A stretch of 64,000 nucleotides of DNA from the NCBI GenBank assembly GCA_947630235.1, contig CANRGN010000008.1, positions 491 through 64,490 on the forward strand, given 5' to 3'. Each line of letters starts with the position of its first letter. Positions within the stretch are counted from its first letter, which is position 1. The notes under the pieces were generated by a model that was given only the letters and a program-made list of their open reading frames with translations, had not been told where the DNA came from and did no database searches. Source of the stretch: an uncultured Clostridia bacterium. GTDB taxonomy: Bacteria > Bacillota > Clostridia > TANB77 > CAG-508. The position numbers and the translations under genes are program-made. Shown here piece by piece: positions 10,306 to 20,163 of the stretch.

Positions 10306-10446
10306 AGAACAATAGTGGACATTTTCTTATGTCATACTGCCAAAATATATTGCAAAGTCCACGTTAAATTGTTAATTTTGACAAAAATTGTGTGCAATGC
10401 TTTTATTCAGCCTATCTACAGAGAACTTTCCTACTGAATAAAAAAA
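10306..10446 (-). repeat. conserved ~140-nt intergenic element, copy A (possible structured RNA/5' leader of the GH15 gene)
   Basis: Near-identical to 17560..17705 (AGAACAATAGTGGAC.TTTTCTTATGTCA.ACTG..AAAATATATTGCAAAGTC.ACGTTAAATTGTT...CACAAAAATT.TGTGCAATGCTTTTA...). It contains nested inverted repeats AACAAT/ATTGTT and GTGGAC/GTCCAC. Copy A is flanked by an 11-nt perfect inverted repeat, CTAATAGCTAT (10290-10300) / ATAGCTATTAG (10454-10464). Strand is inferred from a G.U-compatible substitution in copy B. Confidence 0.45.
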
Positions 10447-10478
10447 TAGTAAAATAGCTATTAGTACTTTTTTATATT

Positions 10479-12137
10479 TTATTCACTTAATAATTTTTTA
10501 ATTTTATTTTGAATTTCTCCAATTCTAATACTTAAAGATTTAAGTTCTTCATCATCTGTATCTAAGTTTTCTTCTTTTATTAACTCTTCAACATCAGAAA
10601 TTTGATTCTTGAATTTCTCAATACTCTTAATTAAATCTTTCTTGATAACTTTCTTCTTAAATTTGCCAATTTCTTCTTCCTCATCTAATTTAACAGGAGC
10701 ACCTTGAGAATTTAATTCAAAACATTCTCCAAAATATGGAATTGTAACATCACATTCTGTGTTTTTTTCTATTTTATTTTTAAGTTCAAGTTGAGCATCT
10801 TCTTCACCATGCACTAAAAAAACATGTTTTGGCGGATTGGTAAAAGAATAAATAAAATTTAAAAGCCATTCTTGATCTGCATGACCAGAGAAGCCTTCTA
10901 TATATTCTATTCTAGCTTTTACAGCTATTTCTTCTCCAAAAATTTTTACTTTTTCAGCTCCATCTACTATACTTCTTCCAAGTGTACCTGGAGCTTGATA
11001 TCCAACAAATAAAATTGTACTATTTTCTTTCCATAAATGATGTTTTAAATGATGCTTTATTCTACCTATATCACACATTCCACTGGCAGAAAGTATTATA
11101 CAAGGCTCATCACTCATATTTAATTCTTTAGATTCATCAGCAGTTTGTGTAAATTGTAAACCAGGAAATTCAAGTGGATTATCACCAGATTTTATTTTTT
11201 CTTGTATCTCATCTTCAAATAGTTCTGCATTTTCTTTAAAAATTTGAGTTGCTGAGATTGCTAAAGGACTATCCACATAAACTGGTGCTTGCATCAAAGT
11301 TTTATATTTTTTATGAAATTTTTTATCTTTTAATCCTAATTCATCTTTTAATTTATCTATTTCATATAAAATTTCTTGTGTTCTACCTACAGCAAAAGAA
11401 GGTATAATAACAGTTCCACCTTTATCTAAAGTTTCTGAAACTATATCTAGGAAAAGCTCTGCTTTGCTATCATTTTTAATATGTAATCTATTTCCATAAG
11501 TTGATTCCATAATAACATAATCTGCATTACTTATCATAGTTGGAGCATCTAAAAGTGGTAAATCATTATTTCCTAAATCACCAGTAAATACTGTTTTAAC
11601 TGTTTTACCATCTTCTAAAGCCCAAATTTCTATAATAGCAGAACCTAACATATGTCCTGCATCATTAAATCTTACACTGATATTATCATCTATCTCTATA
11701 ATTTCATCATAATCTACTGAACTAAATAATTCTAAACTTTCATAAGCTTCTTCAACTGTATATAATGGTTCTAAATCCTTCTTTCCTTCTCTTCTTCTCT
11801 TTCTATTTTTCCATTCTATTTCAGTTTCTTGAATATGACCACTATCTGGAAGCATTATAGAACATAAATCACAAGTAGCTTTTGTAGCAATTATAGGACC
11901 CTTAAATCCCTCTTTATAAAGTTTTGGAATTCTTCCTGAATGATCAATATGAGCATGAGTTAAAAGCATAAAATCAATTTCTGATGGACTATATAGAAAA
12001 GGATCTGTATTATCTAATTTATCTTCCACCTTTCCTTGATACATTCCACAATCAACTAAAAATTTCTTTCCTGCAGCTTCTACTAAAAAATTCGAACCAG
12101 TAACAGTTCTAGCTGCTCCTAAAAAAGTAACTTTCAT
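10479..12137 (-). CDS. beta-CASP family metallo-beta-lactamase-fold ribonuclease (CPSF/Ysh1-like)
   Basis: MKVTFLGAARTVTGS..., MBL motif LLTHAHIDHSG, and a beta-CASP C-terminal motif EGFSGHADQ. Confidence 0.75.
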   Translation of the reverse strand: MKVTFLGAARTVTGSNFLVEAAGKKFLVDCGMYQGKVEDKLDNTDPFLYSPSEIDFMLLTHAHIDHSGRIPKLYKEGFKGPIIATKATCDLCSIMLPDSGHIQETEIEWKNRKRRREGKKDLEPLYTVEEAYESLELFSSVDYDEIIEIDDNISVRFNDAGHMLGSAIIEIWALEDGKTVKTVFTGDLGNNDLPLLDAPTMISNADYVIMESTYGNRLHIKNDSKAELFLDIVSETLDKGGTVIIPSFAVGRTQEILYEIDKLKDELGLKDKKFHKKYKTLMQAPVYVDSPLAISATQIFKENAELFEDEIQEKIKSGDNPLEFPGLQFTQTADESKELNMSDEPCIILSASGMCDIGRIKHHLKHHLWKENSTILFVGYQAPGTLGRSIVDGAEKVKIFGEEIAVKARIEYIEGFSGHADQEWLLNFIYSFTNPPKHVFLVHGEEDAQLELKNKIEKNTECDVTIPYFGECFELNSQGAPVKLDEEEEIGKFKKKVIKKDLIKSIEKFKNQISDVEELIKEENLDTDDEELKSLSIRIGEIQNKIKKLLSE

Positions 12138-12161
12138 TTTACCTCCTCATTTGTATAAATT

Positions 12162-13655
12162 TTAAGTAAAAATTTTAATCGGCTTTCTCTTTTTAATTAT
12201 AATCTCTGGATTATCAACTGTAAATGTTATATTAAACCTTTTTTCAAAAATTTTATTTTCGAAAACTTCTGTATAAATATTTTTTCTAATAACATCTAAA
12301 CTCAATTTTAGATGTTCCAGTTCCATACTTTTAGAATCTAAACACCCAATAATAATTTTAGAATTTAAAGATATATTCAAACTAATCATTTTTAAATATG
12401 ATTTTTGAGTTCCAAAAGTAATTATTTTTTTTAATATTTTATTTAAATTATTTTCTAAAACATCATAATCTTTAATTGCATTATTTTTTGAAATATAAAT
12501 ATTCCTATAATATCTAATTCTATATATTATATCTAAAAATTCTTCTTTTGTCTTTATTTCTTTTGCTTTTTTATATAATATCTTTATAAAACTTTGTTGC
12601 AAATCAATTAACGCTTCTTCAACAGTTTTATCGCAATCAAGCAAGCTTTTATATAAAACTAATTGTTCTTTATATTTTGAAATTACTTTAGGATTTTGAT
12701 ATTTTTCTAATTCTTCAATTTGAAGTTCAAATTTTTCTTTTTCTTTATTTAAAAACTTAACATAAGAAGATAATGTTTTAAATTTTTTGTTTTCAGATAA
12801 TTTTGAATTTTTAACTAGAAAAGATTTATTTAAAGATTTTTCATTATTTAATAAATTGGATATTTTTTCTATATTTTTTTGGATATTTTTTTCTTTTACA
12901 TTTACTTTTTCAATATATTTATCTATATTGTCAAATTCTCTTAGTTCAGAAACCTTTTTTTTAAGTAGATTATCAATTTTTTTATTTTTATTTTTTAGAT
13001 ATAAAACTTTTGTTAATTTATTATAATAATCAATATATCTATCCTTTAATTCTTTTATTATATCATATTGCGTGGTTTGAGATCTTTTACATGTTTCAAC
13101 AAATTCTAATCCAAAAATCAAAATTAAATTTTGATAAATTATATTAGAAAAATAATCCTTTTCTAAAACAGATTTTGGATTCCACGACCAGCCAGTAAAA
13201 TCTTCTAATACTTCTAAAACATCTAAATTACTACCCTCTACTAAAACTTGTTGAAGCTCTTTTTTAAATATATAATTTTCTATATAAAAGTATTTTGGTT
13301 CTATATCTGCAATAGCATATAATAAAGCTGATTCTGTTGGATAAGTTAAAATTGATTTTTCTACTTCATTTGTAATAGCTTTTACTTTATGTCTTTTTAA
13401 AATTTTTGCATCTTCTGAATCTGGTTCAACAGTTTTGATAACTTCAAAATATTCCATAATATTTCTTATAATTTGAGATAAAAATTCATCTTTAGTTTTT
13501 GAAATATTTTTTACTTTTGCATAATCTGAATATGAAATTTCTACTTTATATATCATACTAAGTAAAAGGCTTTTTACATTTGAAGAAAATCTTTTGCTAT
13601 CTAAAACTTTTTCTAATATTGAATTATAATCTACAGTTTTAGAAAATAACCCCAT
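12162..13655 (-). CDS. hypothetical K/E/N-rich protein
   Basis: Long uninterrupted ORF co-oriented with and tightly packed among its neighbours. I recognised no family motif. Confidence 0.5.
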   Translation of the reverse strand: MGLFSKTVDYNSILEKVLDSKRFSSNVKSLLLSMIYKVEISYSDYAKVKNISKTKDEFLSQIIRNIMEYFEVIKTVEPDSEDAKILKRHKVKAITNEVEKSILTYPTESALLYAIADIEPKYFYIENYIFKKELQQVLVEGSNLDVLEVLEDFTGWSWNPKSVLEKDYFSNIIYQNLILIFGLEFVETCKRSQTTQYDIIKELKDRYIDYYNKLTKVLYLKNKNKKIDNLLKKKVSELREFDNIDKYIEKVNVKEKNIQKNIEKISNLLNNEKSLNKSFLVKNSKLSENKKFKTLSSYVKFLNKEKEKFELQIEELEKYQNPKVISKYKEQLVLYKSLLDCDKTVEEALIDLQQSFIKILYKKAKEIKTKEEFLDIIYRIRYYRNIYISKNNAIKDYDVLENNLNKILKKIITFGTQKSYLKMISLNISLNSKIIIGCLDSKSMELEHLKLSLDVIRKNIYTEVFENKIFEKRFNITFTVDNPEIIIKKRKPIKIFT

Positions 13656-13671
13656 TAAAACCTCCTAAAAT

Positions 13672-16189
13672 CTAATATTCCTCCTCGCTAGTATCTCCAG
13701 ATACTGGCTGCTTAGTCATTTTTAATTCTTCCCATCTTTCTTTTGGCATTATAACTTTTCTTGGTTTACTTCCTTCATAACCAGAAATAATTCCTCTAGC
13801 CTCCATTTGGTCAATTATTCTTCCTGCTCTAGCATAGCCTACTTTAAATTTTCTTTGAATAAATGATGCAGATGCTTGGCCAACTTCAATTACACTTTCT
13901 ATAGCCTCCATTAAATATTCATCAGCATCATCACCATCATCGGCTTCCTCATCGATTTCTTTATCAGATTTATTTGCATTTTCAATTTCATCTATAATGT
14001 CTTCATTATAAACAGGTCCATTTGTGTTTGCTTTTAAGAAGCTTACAATTTTTTCAACTTCTTTATCATCAATAAAAGCTCCTTGTATTCTAGTAGGCTT
14101 TGATGCTCCTATTGGATAAAATAACATATCTCCTTTTCCAAGAAGTTTTTCAGCTCCAGCACTATCTAAAATAGTTCTAGAATCTACTTGAGATGATACT
14201 GCAAATGCAATTCTTGATGGAATATTTGCTTTAATTATACCAGTAATTACATCAACAGATGGTCTTTGAGTAGCTATAACTAGATGCATTCCAGCAGCTC
14301 TAGCCATTTGAGCAAGTCTACATATAGCATCTTCAACTTCCTTTTTTGCAACCATCATTAAATCTGCAAGCTCGTCTATAATTATTACAATATGAGGCAT
14401 TTTTCCTTCCTCATTATTAGCTTCTAAAGCTTCATTATACCCTTTTATATTTCTAACATTTTTTTCTGCAAATAAACTATATCTTTTAACCATTTCTTGA
14501 ACAGCCCATGCAAGAGCACCTGCTGCTTTTCTAGGATCTGTAACAACAGGAATTAGAAGATGGGGAATCCCATTATATGCAGAAAGTTCAACTACCTTTG
14601 GATCAACCATTATAAGTTTTACTTCACTAGGTTTTGCTTTGTAAATAATACTTGTGATTAAAGTATTTATACATACTGATTTTCCAGAACCAGTAGAACC
14701 AGCAATAAGAACATGAGGCATTTTAGCTATATCTGTTACAACACAATCTCCTGCAATATCTTTTCCTAAAGCAAAAGCAAGCTTAGATTCTGCATTTGAA
14801 AATGAAGCTGATTCAATTATTTCTCTTAAATTAACCATTTCTTTTTCAGGATTTGGAACCTCAATTCCGTACAGCTTGTTTTCCTGGAATTGGAGCTTCT
14901 ATTCTAATACTTTCTGCTGCCAAACTAAGAGCTAAATCATCAGAAAGATTTGCAATTTTACTAACTCTAACTCCTTCTGCTGGTTTTAATTCATATCTAG
15001 TAATAGCTGGACCTACAGATACATTTTCAACTTTTGCAGATACTCCAAAACTATGCAATGTTTTTTGAAGCTTTGTGGCTATATCTGCTAATGCTTTTTT
15101 AGAGCTTTTTGGACCTTTATTAACAGGTTGTTTCATAAATTCTATTGGTGGAAATTCGTAATTTTCGTCCTCCATAGTAATCATATTATGCTCTAATTGT
15201 AAAACTTCTTTTACTTTACTTTCTTTAACTTCTTCCTCTTGTTTAAATAAATTAGCTTCTAATTCATTTGGATTAGATTCTTCTTTTGTTTCTTCTATTC
15301 TATCTGGTATTTCTTCTTTTTGATTTTTTCTTCCACCAAATAAACCAAAAATTTTTGGCTCTTCTATTTCTTCCTCCTTTTCTCCCATATCAATTGTAAT
15401 TTGATCATCCATAATAATTTCAGGAGCAGGTTTTAAAACATTTTTCTTTTGTTTAGATTTTGGTTTTGGTTTTTCTTCTATTTCTTCAACCTCATCTTCA
15501 TCATCTATTTCAATTTCTGGAATTTTATTTTTCTTTTTAGCTTGTCTTTCTTTTCTTCTTTCATTTATTGCTTCAAGCTCATCTGCTTGTTCTTCTTTTA
15601 ATTCATCAAGCTTTTCAGCAACATTTAAATAAATTTTTGAAGGTCTTATTCCAAATGTAAAAACTAAAGATAAAGCTACTATTCCACAAGATACTATTGC
15701 ACCTCCAAATAATCCAAATAATTTTATAAATACATAAGCAATAGTAGCACCTACTGCTCCTCCACCTATATTTTCTTCGCCAAGTTCATATGCTATTTGA
15801 ACTGTATCTGTAAGAGATAATTCTTTTATATTTATAGTTCCTTTTGAAACTTGAAAAATAGTTAAAATTGAAGCAATACAACCTAAAAACAAAGCATATT
15901 GAATTAACTTTGATGATAAATAATTTTTTTTGGCCTTCATTAAATTTATCCCTATTGCAAAAAATCCTATTGGGATAATATATTTTATTTTTCCAATTAT
16001 TCCTCCCATAACAGGCCCTATTATTGCACCTAAAGAACCTGCTTCTGCATATATTAAAACAAATAGTAATATACCAATTACTACCATTAGTATTACTGCT
16101 AAATCAATATCTATTACGTTAGAATTACTGTTTTTTCCTGTTGGCTTTTTCTTAGTATTATTTGTAGATTTTCTTTTTTTAGTTGCCAC
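13672..16189 (-). CDS. ftsK: DNA translocase FtsK/SpoIIIE, split into two ORFs (14861..16189 and 13672..14838) at an in-frame CGG
   Basis: N-terminal TM helices, a K/E-rich linker, Walker A GSTGSGKS, and a gamma domain [25 protein letters not shown]. The break is at GTA-CGG-AAT (CGG = 14867..14869). Skipping the C gives ...[11 protein letters not shown]|[18 protein letters not shown]..., the conserved FtsK junction. Confidence 0.85.
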
Positions 16190-16218
16190 TGTTAATTCCT
16201 CCTAATTGTTAAACATCC

Positions 16219-16243
16219 TAAAAAGAGCGGATACACATCCGCC
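16219..16243 (-). terminator. rho-independent terminator
   Basis: GC-rich stem GCGGAT/ATCCGC (16227-16232 / 16237-16242), followed on the minus strand by TCTTTTT. It lies just downstream of the stop at 16251. Confidence 0.75.
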
Positions 16244-16250
16244 CCCCTTA

Positions 16251-16736
16251 TTATTCTTCTTTTCTACTGTTTTTTATGGTTTCTAATGTGTTTTGCAATT
16301 TAACTTCAACTTCATTAAGATTTTGTGCAAGCTGCAATATAGTATTTTCTATCCCACCAAAAACTTCATCTTCATATTTTAAAGCATCTTGAGTAATATT
16401 TCTATAAATTTCATTTGCAGCAGCCATTATATCATCCTTTTTCTCTAAAGCTTTTTGGGTAATTTCATGTTCATTTATCATAGAAATTATTCTATGATCT
16501 GCTTCATCTAAAATATCTTTTGCTTCTTTTTCAGCTTCTGCAATAATTCTTTCTCTTTCTTCTTTTATCCATTTTGCTTGTTTTAATTCGTCTGGTGATT
16601 TAAGTCTAATCTCTCCTATTATTTCTAACATTTCTGCTTTATCTTTTTGACTTATAAAACCTTTATCTATTACGGGTATTATATTTATTTTTTCTAACAT
16701 ATCTTCTAATTTATCTAATAATGCAAAAATCTCCAT
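16251..16736 (-). CDS. hypothetical coiled-coil protein (ATPase subunit-H-like heptad-rich sequence)
   Basis: 161-aa E/K-rich helical ORF next to rsmD. No specific motif recognised. Confidence 0.5.
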   Translation of the reverse strand: MEIFALLDKLEDMLEKINIIPVIDKGFISQKDKAEMLEIIGEIRLKSPDELKQAKWIKEERERIIAEAEKEAKDILDEADHRIISMINEHEITQKALEKKDDIMAAANEIYRNITQDALKYEDEVFGGIENTILQLAQNLNEVEVKLQNTLETIKNSRKEE

Positions 16737-16739
16737 TAT

Positions 16740-17300
16740 TTACCCCTTTCGCTTTAAGAAAATTAAAGATACTCTACCATATTTTCTAATATCGTAAATC
16801 TCTACTTCCTCTTCCTCAAGTAACTTCTCGGTTTTGCCTTTATCATCTGTTTCTATTATTATAATTCCATTATTTTTTAATAGATTATTTCTTAAAATAT
16901 AATGTATAGCTTCTTCTGCATAATTTGATCTGTATGGAGGATCTAAAAAAATTATATCAAAATTCTCCTTTAAATTAAAAAAATAATCTAAAGCTTGTAT
17001 ATGATTTTTCAATAGAACACTAACTTGCGATTCGCATTTTGTTTTTTTTACATTTTGATTTATTATATTTATAGCTTTTTTTGAATTATCACAAAGATAT
17101 GCTTTTTTAGCACCTCTACTAATTGCTTCTATTCCTAAAGCTCCACTTCCAGAAAATAAATCCAAAATTTTGCTATCAATTATCTTTTCAGAAATAATAT
17201 TGAACAAAGACTCTTTTACTCTATCTAAAGTAGGTCTAGTTTCTAAACCATCTAAAGTAAAAAGTTTAGTTCCTCTCAATTTTCCGCCTATTATCCTCAT
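16740..17300 (-). CDS. rsmD: 16S rRNA (guanine966-N2)-methyltransferase
   Basis: MRIIGGKLRGTKL...RPTLDRVKESLFNI, SAM motif DLFSGSGALGIEA, and catalytic DPPY. Confidence 0.85.
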   Translation of the reverse strand: MRIIGGKLRGTKLFTLDGLETRPTLDRVKESLFNIISEKIIDSKILDLFSGSGALGIEAISRGAKKAYLCDNSKKAINIINQNVKKTKCESQVSVLLKNHIQALDYFFNLKENFDIIFLDPPYRSNYAEEAIHYILRNNLLKNNGIIIIETDDKGKTEKLLEEEEVEIYDIRKYGRVSLIFLKRKG

Positions 17301-17559
17301 ATATTACCTCTATTATACATATATATTTTATTCTAAAAATAAATAAAGTCAATAACATTAACAAAAATGTAATACATACTTAATTCTATTGTAATAAATT
17401 TTTTCTAACTCAATAATTACAAATTATATAACCCATTTATCTTAAAGTCAATTACATTCATATATTATTTTAATAAAATTTTCGAATATAAAATTCAAAT
17501 TTCAACCATTTTATAACTAATTTATATTTAAAATGATAATTTTCTTTATAATTTTTTCT

Positions 17560-17705
17560 AGAACAATAGTGGACTTTTTCTTATGTCAGACTGTAAAAAT
17601 ATATTGCAAAGTCAACGTTAAATTGTTCGTGTGCCAATTTTCACAAAAATTATGTGCAATGCTTTTACTTAAGCCTATCTATATAAAATTTTCATACCGA
17701 ATAAA
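17560..17705 (-). repeat. conserved ~140-nt intergenic element, copy B
   Basis: See copy A at 10306..10446. It lies in the 430-nt divIVA-rsmD spacer, and its 3' flank (plus-strand sense) runs into the divIVA terminator. Confidence 0.45.
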
Positions 17706-17735
17706 AAAAAAACGTTATAAATTAACGTTTTTTAT
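17703..17735 (-). terminator. rho-independent terminator after divIVA (palindromic, works in both orientations)
   Basis: Stem AACGTTA / TAACGTT (17711-17717 / 17723-17729), flanked by an A-run and a T-run. Confidence 0.65.
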
Positions 17736-18214
17736 TCTTCCTTATTCATATCTTTTAATAAATCTAATTGAGCTATTAACAGCATTTCCATTTTCGATTT
17801 ATATATTTCAAAATTCTTTTTAGTTTCTTCTGTTTTTAATTTTAGCTCAAATTCTTTTCTTTCTAGTTCTTCAACTGCAGATTTTGATTTATACTGTGCA
17901 CTTTTTACAGTTTCATCTGCTTGTTGTTTAGCAATACTTTTTATATCTTCTGCTGACTTTTGAGCATCTTTTATCATATTATCAGCTGTGGTTTGAGCCA
18001 TTACTAAAGTATTTTGTAAAGTATGTTCAACTGTTTTATAATGTTCTAAATCATTTTGCAAAAATTCTATTTGAGTTCTTAGTTCGGCATTTTCTTTATA
18101 AAGCTTTTCATATTCAATGGTTAATTCGTCAAGAAAATTATCCACATCATCTATATTATAACCTTTTATTGACTTAGGGAATTTTTTATTTTCTATGTCT
18201 AAAGGTGTTAGCAT
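17732..18214 (-). CDS. divIVA: cell-division protein DivIVA
   Basis: Canonical N-terminus MLTPLDIENKKFPKSIKGYNIDDVDNFLDEL followed by a coiled coil. Confidence 0.85.
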   Translation of the reverse strand: MLTPLDIENKKFPKSIKGYNIDDVDNFLDELTIEYEKLYKENAELRTQIEFLQNDLEHYKTVEHTLQNTLVMAQTTADNMIKDAQKSAEDIKSIAKQQADETVKSAQYKSKSAVEELERKEFELKLKTEETKKNFEIYKSKMEMLLIAQLDLLKDMNKEE

Positions 18215-18327
18215 ATTTAATCCTCCTATTATAATTAGCAGAAGTTTTATAGAATCAATATTAGCACATTCCTACTTAATTCTACTATATATTTTACTAC
18301 TTTTATTAGTATGGGAATCTAATAATA

Positions 18328-18795
18328 TTATTTTACCCAAGATGTTGAAAATTTGCTTTCAATTTTTTCTTTAGTTACTTCATTTACTATATCATAATTA
18401 AATGGTGCAATTACAAATATGGAATTAGAAACTTTTTCTATATGACCATCTAAAGCTTTTATAGCACCACTTACCACATCAACAATTCTTCTAGCTACAT
18501 CTTTATTAACATATTCTAAATTTATAACTATAGCATTTTTATTTTTTAATTCACTTATAACTTCATCAACTTGATCAAAATTAGTTGGTTTAGCTATTTT
18601 CATTTTTATTTGCTGAGGAGCACTTACTTTAGCTTTTTTTCTAAACAAACCTAATGATTCGCTACTTTCTTCGTCTTCAGCAGATTCATCATACCCATTT
18701 TGTGTTTCATCAACTTCATCATATCCATCTTGAGCAGACTCTTCGTTTTCTCCCCATAAATAATTCATTATTTTTTTGAATGCAGGAACTGCCAT
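18328..18795 (-). CDS. sepF: cell-division protein SepF
   Basis: Acidic N-terminal region, then the SepF core IAKPTNFDQVDEVISELKNKNAIVINLEYVNKDVARRIVDVVSGAIKALDGHIEKVSNSIFVIAP. Confidence 0.85.
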   Translation of the reverse strand: MAVPAFKKIMNYLWGENEESAQDGYDEVDETQNGYDESAEDEESSESLGLFRKKAKVSAPQQIKMKIAKPTNFDQVDEVISELKNKNAIVINLEYVNKDVARRIVDVVSGAIKALDGHIEKVSNSIFVIAPFNYDIVNEVTKEKIESKFSTSWVK

Positions 18796-18944
18796 CTTTA
18801 ACCTCCTAAAATTTTACTTTTCATTAGTAATTACATATTCATAGTATCTTATAATTAGCTTGTAATGTCAATAGTTTTTCAGAAATGTCATAAAAAGATA
18901 ATTATATTGTAATTTTTTTGTAACATAAATATACATTTGTAATT

Positions 18945-20163
18945 TCATTTTGAAATTAATATTTCATCATAAATTTTTATTTCTGGCATATCTTCTATTT
19001 CTTTATTTGTAAATCCTAATTCTTGTAATTCTTCTTTTTTATAATTAGTTACTATTGAATATGTATCATTTTGCCTTAATACTTTTACCAAAACTTTTTC
19101 TGTATATCCAGCTTTATTCCTATATACATAGGATAAATCATTTTCTTCTTTAATAGCTTTATTACTTATTTTCCATCCAGAATAATTCCACCAAACAATT
19201 TCAAAAGATATTTTTCTAAATTCAATTAACTTTTCCACATCTTGCTTTATTTTAAAAACTATTATTCTTGAATCACCATTTTCAACTATATATTCTATAG
19301 TTGAAGGTATTTGCATAGAATTTGAAAGTTTTAATGTTACACTATCTCCGAACTTTCGCTTCCATTGAAATTTCTGATGAAATCGGACAAGCAATATAAC
19401 ATAAAAAATTATTTATAACTTTTCCACATTCTGAACTTTGTGGAATTGTTGAACCAACACTAATATCTAAATTATTTAAAAGTCCTTCATTTAAATAAGA
19501 AAAATCTTTCGTTCCTAGAATTTCTTCACAGCCATCTACTCTATAAGAAAGTATACCTGCCATATTAGTTTTTATAATTTCTGAATTTCCATTTAACTGT
19601 TCTTTTAAAGAATTTCTTTCATTTATTAAATCTTTAACATAAGAGCCTGCAGGACTTAACTCACCAGCAATATTAGCTTTTTTTGTTATATAATCATTTA
19701 TTTTTTTTAAATATTCTTCCTGTTTTTCTAAATCATTTACTTCATATAAATTATCTAAAACACCTTCTATTTGTTTTTCTAAATTTATTATATCAGGATT
19801 AGGATTAAGTGAATTAGTACCACTTTCCTCTAGTGCATTATTTATTTTTTCATCTAATTCAGTTATTTTATTGTTTAATTCATCTTCTCCATTTGAATAA
19901 TATCTAAAAACTGGTTCATCTTTACTCACTTTATCTCCTTCAGATTTTATTTGTACCATACCATTTTTATAATTTTGACCTTTATAAACAATTTCATCTC
20001 TAATTATATATCCTTCTACAGATTCTTCATAAGATAAAGCACCATTTTCAACAACAAATACATCAACAGATTTATTAATTAGATTTGCACTATTTGCCAT
20101 CAAAAAAATCAATACAATTATAAGTATAATAACTCCTATAATTCTACTTTTTTCTCCACTCAC
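18945..20163 (-). CDS. membrane-anchored coiled-coil protein (HlyD/adaptor-like), split into two ORFs (19342..20163 and 18945..19394) at an in-frame CGG
   Basis: N-terminal TM, then a beta-rich/coiled-coil architecture. The break is at GTT-CGG-AGA (CGG = 19348..19350). Skipping the C gives ...ISSEISMEAKV|GDSVTLKLSNSMQIPSTIEY... and joins both ORFs in one frame. Confidence 0.5.

Noticed and set aside
17533-17823. 96-aa plus-strand ORF in the divIVA-rsmD spacer.
   Set aside because: It spans the conserved intergenic element and the divIVA terminator and overlaps the divIVA 3' end. It has no RBS and its translation is implausible.
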